Source: Fistulifera solaris
Lineage: Eukaryota
Assembly (NCBI GenBank): GCA_030295235.1
Contig: AP026139.1
Location: 558,001-622,000 of the forward strand
Direction: 5' to 3'
Length of the DNA: 64,000 bases
The stretch's first letter is position 1, and each line of letters begins with the position of its first letter. The notes below the pieces were generated by a model. That model made no database searches. It saw only the letters and a program-made list of their open reading frames with translations, and was not told the origin of the DNA. This document shows positions 10,687-21,751 of this stretch, piece after piece. Made by a program: the position numbers and the translations under genes.

Positions 10687-12721
10687 ATGGCGATTCGACC
10701 ACAATTCCGCAAATTGCTGGCCGTCCTATGGAGTACTTATTCGATGTTGTGCTGTCGTTGCGTTTCGGCAAATTTAAATAACAATCCCATACTGAATACA
10801 ACGCACGTTTCACAAAATGCCGTACCAAGACGACAAACACTGGCGGAAATATCCTTTGCCGAACGCACGAGTTTAGAAAATTTACTAGAAAATTATGCAA
10901 GGGCCAAAGACAGGTTAACGCAAGTACTCCGTCATGATTATGGCAATGAATATTATTCGATGATCTTTGAACCAGGACCATCCCGAGGTCGGACTTTCAT
11001 TCAACCCCCGGGTGGTTTTGATGTCGTTTCGAATTCCTGGGATCGTTTGAAAGCCCGGATCATGATCAAACTGATCCATGTTCTTCATTCTCTGACACCC
11101 CAACCCTTTGTTTGGGCGACCGGGGGTCATTCGTCGGCAGCGGGACACGGGAATTTTTACGACGAAAGTTATACGGCCGTGTTGGAAAGAAATGTGAAAC
11201 AAATCTTTGAGGCGGTGGGGATTCAATTCACCGGACGGAACTACGCCATGGGTGGTTCCGATGCGGCACCCGAGGCGGCGTGGTGCAATGAAGAAATCTT
11301 TGGAACCGATTTGGATGTTCTCGTTTGGGATTATGGGTAAGTTATGGTGACAATAAATGAAACCATGCTATGCTTTTGCCATCCAACGAATCTCATTCGC
11401 GACAAACTCCTCTAGAATGACAGATGGTCGAGATGTCACCAAAATGGCCATGTATTGCTACCGGGCGGCTTTGAATCCCAGCAAACCCGCCTGTATTGCA
11501 CTTCATTGCGGTAAACCATCGCAACAACCTCGTGCTTCGGCTTTGCGCACACTGGAACAGTTGGGAGCCACGGTTCTTATATCGAATGAAAATGTCTTGG
11601 AACAATGTATGGACGCGATACCCGATAGTCAAGGGATTAGTGACTACGAGTTGCAAAAAATGCCGCTGTTTGTTCGACATTTCAAGTGTGGCGGATTGGT
11701 GGAAAGTGGCGATCCGTATTGTGGCGCGGAAAAGTACAATCACACCGACTGCACGCAACGCAAATTTATGGCAAAATGGCATCAAGGATGGTACGTCGAT
11801 GTAGTGTGCTTGTGCAAGAATTCGAATTATCTAACAATTCTGTAGGAGATTCCATGCTTTACATGGCAACTTGATGGCTCTCTTTCTCACGGAAGTAGTC
11901 GGTGATGCTTTGCAATCGTTGAAAGATAGCACTCAAAGTTTGGAAGACTTGCAAAAGGACTTGATTCGCGACGAAAATGAACGCTATGATTTGTTGACTA
12001 CGTCTCCGCTGCCCACCTATTTTGAAGATATGGTGAAAGATCGCGGTGATCTGCAATTAGAACACATTTTAAAACACCCTAGTTTTTGTCACACGGCACG
12101 GGTTCCAGCAGAAATTCGACACAAAGGAATACTAACAGGCGGTCCACCGGGAAATTTGTTTCATTACGACGAGGGTGTGCCAGAGGGCCAAGCACGTAAT
12201 GTCGAAAATGATTCCGAGTTTATGTGGCTAGTGCAGGACCCCACGACGCGACAAAAATGTGACATTCCGCTAAATCTCGACAACAAGGACTACTTTTACG
12301 TCAAAGGTATGGATGGAAAGAAAAAGTTGATTCTGCCCAACGACGCCGAAGTCGCAGAATACGGTAGAGGTCAAACGCCTATTGGGCTTATAGCCATGTG
12401 TCTCTCAGTCTGTGATTGGGGCAAGTGTCCAAAAGGTGAGAGAATCCGTCTATTGTTTCGAGAGTTATTGTGCGGAGGAATTCATTTACTGACCACTTTC
12501 GTTCAGGTGACGTTCAAATAGAACAATTCGAACAAAATCAAGGAACCATTGAAATCAATGGTGAGAAAGTATCGGGATGTACTAAAATCGGAAGGTGTAG
12601 TTTTTTACGGCATGATAATGGTCACTATTTCACTCCAAATTCCGATTCCAAGTTTGAAATCAGTATCAACATTGCGTTACACTATTCGTTTACACGAATA
12701 GGAGCCTTCGTCATCTTTTAA
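10687..12721 (+). CDS. Hypothetical SGNH/GDSL-like secreted or membrane-anchored protein, multi-exon
   Basis: GGHSSAAGHGN, RNYAMGG, DVLVWDYG, KWHQGW motifs. GT-AG introns near 11337, 11792 and 12436 join four ORF pieces. Confidence 0.65.
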
Positions 12722-12754
12722 AGAGTAGTAGCAAATCTCATAACGATCAATTCA

Positions 12755-14038
12755 TCATATCTTGTTATTCATTATATCTTGTCGAAGCTGCGCCATCAGA
12801 TCGTTCATATATTGAATGTTATGCTGTGTAGCCAATGTGGTGGCCAAGGGCTCATTTGCTTTGAACAAATGCCATAAATAGGATCGATCGTACGTTTGAC
12901 AAGTTCTACAGGAACATTGATCATCGATCTTGACCCCAAAGGATCGCGAGTGCTTCCCACTTTTCAGACGAATCGGACCCGTTCGAGTCAGAACAGTTCC
13001 ATGGCGCGCTACTCTCGTTGGATAACAAGAATCCATCGTGTCCAAACCGCACGCCACGGCATTGCGTATACTTTCCTCATCCGCTATACCCAATAGATGT
13101 CGTGGCTTTTGTTTGCGTGACCCTTCATCGAACTGGGGCATCATCCACTGCAGCAACTCCTTGAGCTCCTCACGACCATCACCTAAAGCGCCTCCAATGG
13201 CGTAGCCGTCAAACGGCAAGGATGTCAAGTAGTCAATGCTTTTCGTTCGCAATTCTCGATCCACACCACCGTGAATCACGCAATACATGGCTTGTTCATT
13301 CACATTCAATAAATGTTCTTGCAAACTCCGAGCTTCCCATCGGTGCGTACGATCCACCGACTCGACCAATTTCTGTCGATCGACATAATATCCCGGCAAT
13401 TCGTCCAGTGGAATAATGATATCGGCACCAATTTTCTTTTGCGCTTGTACCGTGGATTCCGGTGTCAAGAGAAACTTACTCCCATCCCGATAACTACGAA
13501 ATCGCACTCCTTCTTCGGTCACTTTAACAGCATCCGCTCCCATGGCATCGGGACGATCTTTCCGTTTCCCCGTGCGTTTGAGTTCACCCTTGGAGGACAA
13601 TTCTTCAAAGACAGATCCATGTTGCAGTGAAAATACTTGAAAACCTCCCGAATCGGTAATAAAGGGCCGATCGGTCCGTCGCGTGAATTGATGAATCCCA
13701 CCCGCCTCGGCAATCAAGTCGGCACCGGGATGTAACATCAAATGGTACGTATTGGAAAAAATCAATTGTTGACCGGAACCATCGGCATCGCGAAAATCAA
13801 CCCCCTTGAGAGCGGCATTGGTCGCGACCGCCACAAATCCTGGTGTATCAATGATTCCGTGCGGTGTATGAATGCGACCGACCCGAGCGAGGGATTGTGT
13901 GGATTCGTGCAGAATTTCAAAGCGGAAAAAGGAACGTTCCTCGTAGGCCCAAGTCGGAAATTCTTCGGGAGAAGGTGATGGAAAAATGACGGGGCGTCTC
14001 CGAAATCGGTTGGGAGTCGATGATAATTCATCGGCGGC

Positions 14039-14089
<51 letters not shown>

Positions 14090-14260
14090 TGTTGTTGTTG
14101 TTGTTGTTGCTTGAGGGGCTTCTAGCGGAGATCCACTGGTAGTCGACCAACGAATGATAGACGTTTGTCGTAGGGTCGATGGCATCCGTAATGCGAAAGA
14201 ATTCGGAACGACAAGGATAAAAGTCATGGTGAAACCGAGTATATGTTGCTTGAGGATCAT
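12755..14260 (-). CDS. tgt: Queuine tRNA-ribosyltransferase (Chlamydia-like TGT) with organelle-targeting leader
   Basis: ARVGRIHTPHG, NTYHL, TDSGGFQ, PLDE, PRHLLG, DSCYPTR.ARHG, Zn site CSCRTC...H; N-terminal signal peptide and Ser/Thr/Arg-rich transit region. Confidence 0.93.
14040..14108 (+). repeat. Compound (GTA)n(GTT)n microsatellite encoding the poly-Thr tract of TGT
   Basis: Directly visible trinucleotide arrays. Confidence 0.95.
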
Positions 14261-14643
14261 ATTTCCTCGAGTGAGACGGCCTATAAATCAATAATAAACC
14301 CAACAACTAGACCTATGTGTGCGCCATGGTCAATTGTGTTTTTGTGCTTTCTCTGTTTTTTTTTTGCGGTGATGGGTTTGGCATATCAAAATCGAGAGTA
14401 TTGATGGACGGAGGGACGGACTTCCACCCAAAAACACATCACACAGAATTTCCGTGTGTTTCGATACCTAGTACGGAGTTCGAAGAATACACAAAGTTTC
14501 TGTTAACTCGAAGCGCTTCACGCCACTCACAAAGTTTTTGCGGATCGCAAAGAAAAGAAGAAAAGATCAATCATCACAATCATCATGACAACAATGAAGC
14601 AGAAGTATTTATAGCCTCTTCAGAATCCACCATAAACGATGAC

Positions 14644-15906
14644 ATGGATCCGCAACTGTGTAATACATTAATGGAGGAAAATCAGGACGATGATGATGAC
14701 GACGACGACGACCCCAATTCTCCCTCACGCAACGTTTCGGCGGCGGGGGTCGTTCGTGGAGTTTCCCGATCGATTGCTCGATCCATTGCCAAGCCCATTA
14801 CGAAAACAATTCCCAAACAAGTTCCCAAAATTACCAAACAACTGTTTACCCGCCGAGGACAATTGCGTGTGAAAGGTGTCGCGAAAGTATCGGATCGTCT
14901 TTCGACGGGTTGGGAAGTGTATTCCTCCGCGAAAGAAACGGTAGACGAAGGAAATGTTCCACAGAAAAAGACACGTTCGTGGATTCCGGTGTGGAATACG
15001 GTACGAATGTTTACAACTAGTTGAGTTTTGAGTTTACCTTGTGTGTGTGTGTTCTCTGTCGAAAAAGTGGATTCTCTGGACCTCACACATTTTTACATTC
15101 GCTATCTCCACTTTTTCTATTCTCTCAGCGCTCTTGCGAAACTCCCTTGTCGGTACAGCCGTCTTTGAGACTTATGTTTATACTATTGCGAAAACTGCGA
15201 CTGGTAGTCGTCCTGATCATGAAGGAGAGCAGATTCCTACAACTACTACTACTACTTATCAGCAGGATGCAACAAGCGATTCTCCTCTTGCAATCCAACA
15301 CAGACGTAATGACACGATGAACGACGACGACGACGATGACGACGACGCAGACGACGATGATGACGAAAAGAAATAATCCCTGTGGATGCACCGGATGATT
15401 TTTCTCGGGCTTCGATCCGAGCACACGTGGGAGCCGGAGCTCTCGCGGGGTCGGTGGATGGATTGCTTTCCTCTCTCTGGGAATCCAAATCCCAATCAAA
15501 AATACCATTCTTTCTTCAAAAAGCTCCTTATCTTATTCTGCAGCAATGTCTATCACACGCTCTACTGTTTGGATCGTACGAATGGTGGAAACGAAAATTG
15601 ATTCAACAACTACATTCATCGCCATGGGGAGAATGGAAAGACTCGGGTTTGTCTCATTTGATTTGTATTGGTCTTGCCGGTGGTGTGGCAGGACAGTTAC
15701 AAACTCTTACGAATCATTACGGTGAACAAATCATAGAAAGGCAGCCCTCCGCCGAACGATTATTGCGAAGCAAGCCACGGTCGGTCCAACTGCGTTTCCT
15801 GTTGAGAGGAATGAAGCATCCTTCGATGGGATCCATGATGGCAGCATTTGTACCCAGCGCCGTGGGCTTTGTGGCGTTTGAATACGGAAAACGACTGGGA
15901 TCTTGA
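14644..15906 (+). CDS. Divergent mitochondrial carrier (SLC25)-like protein; split by an intron and a frameshift
   Basis: Carrier-like helices SAAGVVRG, RNSLVGTAVFETY, GAGALAGSV, SHALLFGSYEWWKR, GLAGGVAG, AVGFVAFEY. Start uncertain. Confidence 0.6.
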
Positions 15907-15999
15907 AAGAGCCAAGCTGCGACGAAAGTCGAGTAGATTCGATTCGAACTCAAGAAGGAATTCGGATTGTGAATTATGAAAGAGGAAACATACGCACGT

Positions 16000-16716
16000 T
16001 TAGTAATTCTTTTCGTACCGAAAAAATCGAATCCCTTGCCATTTTCCGTAATTTTGTGTCTTGGTTTTAATAAATCCCATAGTTTCATACAAACGATGTG
16101 CGGCGTATTGGACACTGGAACATGTAAGATAGATTTGTTGTTTGGTGGGACCCAATTCATGTTCCAATCTTCGAATGAGTTGTTTCCCAATCCCCCGTTT
16201 TTGTGCCTGTGCCTGTACCGACATGCGTCGTAATTCAAACACTCCATCCTGGGGTGTCGATTCGGCCGCGACCATTCCCAACAACGTCCCCGTCGCATCA
16301 TCTTCCGCCACAAGGAAAACTCCGTTGCCTCCAAAGCGTATTTGTAAGTGTTCCGGTGACTTCATATCTTCTTGTTCCAAAACATGCTGAATCCAAGAAC
16401 TAAATCCCTGGATCGTCAAATAACAACCAATGGCTACCGGTATCGACGCTGCGACCAGTCCTGAACACACCGTATAGAACCATGGGCGGAAGGTAGATCG
16501 TCGCGATACCAGAACGGCCACCGTGCTCGACCACAACAACGTGGGAACCGCTAATGCCGGTGCCTGTATGGTGGCCAATGCGGCGTCTCCCATTAAGGAT
16601 TCCATACCTTGACGAAATAAAATGCGAACTTGTTCGTGATCGGATGGTTGGTAGCGTCGTATGGTGAATGGGAGATGTTTCGATGAAGTTGTAGTAGAAG
16701 GTGTAGTAGAAGGCAT
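16000..16716 (-). CDS. GNAT N-acetyltransferase, NAT8/Camello-like with membrane hairpin
   Basis: IRRYQPSD, hydrophobic insert, ELRRMSV..AQKRGIGKQL, AHRLYETMGF. Confidence 0.88.
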   Translation of the reverse strand: MPSTTPSTTTSSKHLPFTIRRYQPSDHEQVRILFRQGMESLMGDAALATIQAPALAVPTLLWSSTVAVLVSRRSTFRPWFYTVCSGLVAASIPVAIGCYLTIQGFSSWIQHVLEQEDMKSPEHLQIRFGGNGVFLVAEDDATGTLLGMVAAESTPQDGVFELRRMSVQAQAQKRGIGKQLIRRLEHELGPTKQQIYLTCSSVQYAAHRLYETMGFIKTKTQNYGKWQGIRFFRYEKNY

Positions 16717-16961
16717 GTCGGAAACGCGCTTATCAACAATGAGCTCACGTAAAAATGGTCCTTTAGTAAAGATCTCTCTCCTTCTCTTTCCTTACCAAGT
16801 CAAAGAAAGAAAAAATCAAGCTATTTATTGTCAAGGAGAGGAACACACTAAAGTTACCAGGTAACTTTTTCTTTGGAACGAAGAGAAATGTATCGACGAC
16901 GGATGCAATTTGCCTTTTTCGTTATATACAGAATTATAAATGTAAGTTTCTTCCCATCATC

Positions 16962-17080
16962 AGGAACGACCATACTACGATGTCAGCACCGCTTCCCGTC
17001 TGCTCAGCGAAGTTAAGCATCGTCAGGCCCGGCTACTACTACGGTGGGGGACCACGTTGGAATCCCGGGTGTTGTTCTTT
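16962..17080 (+). rRNA. 5S rRNA: Cytosolic 5S rRNA gene, copy 2 (variant, possibly pseudogene)
   Basis: 116/119 identical to copy 1 (A22T, T72C, G75C); TATAAA at 16935-16940; T-run terminator follows. Confidence 0.9.
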
Positions 17081-17215
17081 TGCTTTTTCCTCGTCAGCGC
17101 GAAACGGCGGTCTTGGATTATTTTTGCATGCGACGAACATGAAACTAGACCCCCGCGTTCGAAAATAGGTTACAGTTGCTCATTATCTTTGTTAACAATC
17201 CACAGCAACACTAGA

Positions 17216-18885
17216 ATGATAATGAAGCAGTGGGGGTTCCTTTTGTCGATGGCTGTTACGACACTGCGCTCGTTGACGGACGCAGCGTCCTCGACCGGTA
17301 CCAGCTTTCTGCAAGTTCATGTAAGTCAAAGAAATGATGATCTTTCTTCTCTTCCGTAAAAGTCCTTCTCACTCATACATAAAAAATATGATACAACACA
17401 CTATCAGATCCCCCAAAAACTCAGCAAACCCGACGGATACGATCATCGCGATGCCTTGTTTGGTATTCCCCCGTACGGTGGTTCCATTGCCCAACAAGTC
17501 TATTATGCCGACGCCGATTTGTGCAGTCCGCAAGTCGACAAACGACGGGGATATCCGGAACGCAATCGCGACAGCGACGGGAATCAAGAACCGTGGCCGG
17601 CACCCTTCATTTTAATGATTGATCGGGGCAATTGTGACTTTGTCGAAAAAGTCCGGAATGCCCAACGCGCGGGCGCATCCGCGGTTTTGATTGCCGATAC
17701 GTCCTGTCGTTGTGCCGATGATATTTGTATGAATGAAACCGGTGATTTGACCTGTGAAGCCACGGAACCGTACATGGCGGATGATGGATCCGGTACGGAT
17801 GTTTCCATTCCGTCCTTCCTCGTCTTTAAGCACGATGCTGACACATTGCGGCAAGTGTTGATTTCGAATACACCCATACAAATTGAAATGCGATTTTCCA
17901 TCCCGGCACCCGACAATCGTGTCGAGTATGATTTATGGTCGACGCCCCGGAATTTGGTGGCCCAAGAATTCATTACCGACTTTGAACCAGCGGCCTTGGC
18001 GTTGGGGGCGGCGGCGAAATTCACGCCGCATATGTACGTGTTGGATGGTGTGCGGAGTGGTTGTCGGGGACCGAATGGAGAAGACCAATGTTTCAATTTG
18101 TGTACCAACAATGGACGGTATTGTTCCACCGACCCGGACGATGATCTATACGCCGGGGCGTCGGGAGCCGATGTTGTCGCAGAAAGTTTGCGAAGTTTGT
18201 GCATTTGGCAAATCTACAGTCCAATGGATGATGGTATTGGAGCGAAATGGTGGAAGTATGTGAACGAATTTCGGGACAAGTGCATTCCAGATGTGACCAA
18301 TGACGAAAATTACAACAGTGCGGAATGTGTCCACGGGGCCATGGCCACGGCGGGTGTGGATCGAGCCCAAGTCGAAAAGTGTATGGCGGAATCGGGTGGT
18401 TTGGAAGGTGATGTCGAAAATACCATCTTTGAAAAGGAAATGAAGGACCGAGATACGACAAATGTTGTGTTGATTCCTTCTTTTTCGTCAATCAAGCGCC
18501 AGTGCGCGGTGAATTGGGATTTTCTACCGCCTTTAAAGCTATCTGCGCCGGATTTGCCGCTGGCACTCGACCCGAAATTTGTGCAATTTGTGCGAACTGT
18601 GCCAATGAGAAACTGTGTGTAGAAAAAGGAAAGTGCGAGGCTCCGAATGGAAGCGCGGGTCAGATCTCCCCTCGCATGTTCCTTCTTTCGATGTTGGGTT
18701 TATCACTGGTCTTTTCGACAGTAGGTTACATTCTGCATCAGAGACAGCAAGCTCATATGCGGCAACAAATTCGCGGCATCGTACAAGAGTACATGCCGGT
18801 CGGAATGGACCGGAATGGTGAAATCATTGATAATTCGCTGGCTTTGGACGAAGAAGACGATGGACCGCAATTCACGATCATCTAG
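17216..18885 (+). CDS. VSR: Vacuolar sorting receptor (BP-80/VSR-like; PA domain, TM, YMPV tail), paralog 1
   Basis: Signal peptide; intron 17321-17407; FGIPPYGGSI, IDRGNCDFVEKVRNAQRAGA, PDNRVEYDLW, CTNNGRYC..DP, IRGIVQEYMPV; 1-nt frameshift near 18481. Confidence 0.9.
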
Positions 18886-19135
18886 CGATCATTTAAGCAA
18901 CAACCAATTTTCATGTAAATTTTTTATCTATATTCAACCTTATACGCAAATGATTCTGCACTCTAGCGTCCTACATGCTGTTATCTGTTTTTAACAAAGT
19001 TTTTATTATATTCGTAAAATTATCATAATGTGCCGTCACGCTCTGCTTTCCATCCCTCATCAAAACACTATAGTATGCAAATAATTGAGTTTCACTTTGT
19101 TTCTTTTGCCAAATAAACAAACTCATAGTAATCCG

Positions 19136-21143
19136 TTACGACATGAGGGATGTGGAAATTCCTCCCGACGCAAAATCCATCGGATTATTGTGCATCATGG
19201 CATCTTGATCCTCGAGGGGCAAGTAGTCCGCCAAAATTCCGCGTACTTGATTGCGCATGTCGTCTTGGGTCTTTTTGTAATGCCACACCGACAAGCCACC
19301 AAAAACAGCAATGACCATGAACATGGAAGAGACAAAGGTGTGCTTTGAGACTCCTTCGCCCGATCCAGCCGCGGATCCATTGGTAGTGCCCGCCTTGCAG
19401 TAACCGAGGCTGACACATTCCGCGGCATTGGCACAAGATCCACATTTTTTGCAGATATCGGGAGTGGAACCCGCCGAATAACCGGCACAAATCGCCGCAA
19501 ACACATTGGAAGCGGTCAATGATCCACGAATGACCACATTGTTGACAAAGGTCGAAGGAATGACTACAACTCCGCGCTGTTCTTGATTTATAATTTCCCC
19601 CGACAGCTTGGTGTTGATTTTGTCATCGGCAGTACCACCCGAAGCACTCATGCAATTTTCAATCTTCTTGGCATCAATTCCGGCCTTTTTGTAGGCATCT
19701 TTGATGCAATCTTCGTTGGAGAAGTAATCCGGGTCTTTCTCGCGACACAACGTAGTGAATTTATCCACGTACTCCCAGAAAGGAGCTCCGACTCCATCCG
19801 ATACTCCGTAGGCTTCCCAAATACAAAGACGACGCAAACTTTCCCTGACGACATCCTGCCCGCTAATTCCTTTGTCTAAATCATTGTCGGGATCGGTCGC
19901 ACAGTATCGTCCGTTGTTGGTGCACAACGTGTAACAGAAATTCTCTCCCTCCGAACTCTGGCAACCCATTTTGAGTCCATTGTGGATGTACATGTGCGGA
20001 GTAAAGTACGCATGTTCTCCCAAGGCTTGTGCCAGTGGTTTAAAGTTTTTGAAAAAATCTTTCGTGACAATATCCGACGGCGTCGTCCACAAATCGTACT
20101 CGACGCGGTCGTCCGGAGTGGGCAACGCCCAGGCCATTTCCACTTGCACGACGCGATTGGCCTTGAGTTCTTCCTTGACGGGATCCGCATCGTGCTTGAA
20201 CATGAGAAAGGACGGAATGGAAATATCGGCTCCGGACCCATCGTCCGCCATGATGGGCTCGGAATTCTCGCAGGTCGAAATGCCCGTTTTGGATTTGCAA
20301 TCCAAATCGGAACAAAGGCAGGTATTGTCGGCAATCAAGACTCCAGCCGCCCCGGCCTTTTGGGCGTTGCGTACTTTTGCACAAAGGTACAGCCGCCCCG
20401 ATCGACCATGAGGATGTAGGGCGATTCCCACGGTAGTTGTTGACCGTCGTCTCCTTTCTTTTGGGGATATCCCTTGCGAGTGTCGACGTCGCTATCACAG
20501 AGGTCGGCGTCGGCGTAATAGACTTGTTGCGCAATGGATCCACCGTAGGGTGGCATACCAAAGAGTGCTTCGCGATGATCGTATCCGCCTTCCTTGTTGA
20601 GTCTTTGGGGAATCTGATGATTGGGATATGGGAATAGAGAACACAAACACAAACACACGCATACACACAAGGTCATTGCAAGGAGGAAACGAGGAAATTG
20701 TGTCGCAAAGTAAAAAAGAGAAAGCGTGTTAGTAAATCTGTGCGGTGGCTTGTGTGTAATACAACGATAATAGATATGTGCAAAAAATAAACATAGAGTT
20801 GGTATCTCGCATCGCATCGCATCGCATCACCCAATCGCGCGGGTCGTTCTTTTCCCGGAACGAAAATCGGTGCGGTGGCTCCCTTGCGATCATGCCGTTA
20901 CAATGCATCGAGTTTTCTTGTTGCATCAACTATAAAAAGAATGTTGTGTATTTCTCGAGTCGTATCTATTCTTATAGAAGCAAACGAATACTCTATATTC
21001 GTTTTCTTCCCGAATCCTACATTCACACCAACACACATCCTTACCTGTACGGTTAACTTGCTCGACACATGATCCGGTGCACTGCTTTGTCCTTGTACAC
21101 TAGAGAAGGATGCGAAAAGAAGAGATGTTGTGAATAGACGCAT
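19136..21143 (-). CDS. VSR: Vacuolar sorting receptor, paralog 2
   Basis: Exon 1 MRLFTTSLLFASFSSVQG...; intron 20614-21044; FGMPPYGGSI, PDDRVEYDLW, CTNNGRYCATDP, VRGILADYLPL; frameshift near 20376. Confidence 0.9.
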
Positions 21144-21751
21144 TGTTCTCTTTTTATTATAGAACAAAAGAAGAAGACGATGTTGTTTTGGTTGATGCTT
21201 TTTTCCTAGTGTGTCGTGTCGAGAGCAGAAAATGCCTCACGACAAGCGGGAGGCGCATTTTTACAAGTATCTCAAGTCTCCACACATACTCCGTACTACA
21301 GTAAAAAAAAGAACGACGAACGAGGTGGAATTTTTTTTCACAAAAAGGCGCAGAACCGTTTGCTTGTGATGACAATGCGTACTGTTTCACTATCATTTTG
21401 GCAGTGACCCTCGGGCGTATACATACAAACTGTTGCATGGGACTTTCACCAGTTGCGCTTCGACACTTGGTGACGTTTCGACGGTCCGTCCCCCCTACGT
21501 CACGCGGCATCGCGGTACGGGCCTCTGCGCGAATGACAATAACAACTATACTACTACCACTACAACCTACAACACACCATGGTGATGAAGATTACTACTT
21601 GTTGAATTATTGCTGTCTGCTAATCGATCCATTCATCCTCTTCCTAAATTGTTGTTTGTTTGTCTTCGCTCGCCAAGTCAATTCTCCATTGTCTTGATTA
21701 CATTTATTTAAATTGAATAATTAGTAGTAGTAGTACTTGTTGGATTGAAGA

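Noticed and set aside
16980..17168. 62-aa ORF, and the 94-aa ORF at 5621..5905
   Set aside because: Incidental translations of the 5S rRNA sequence.
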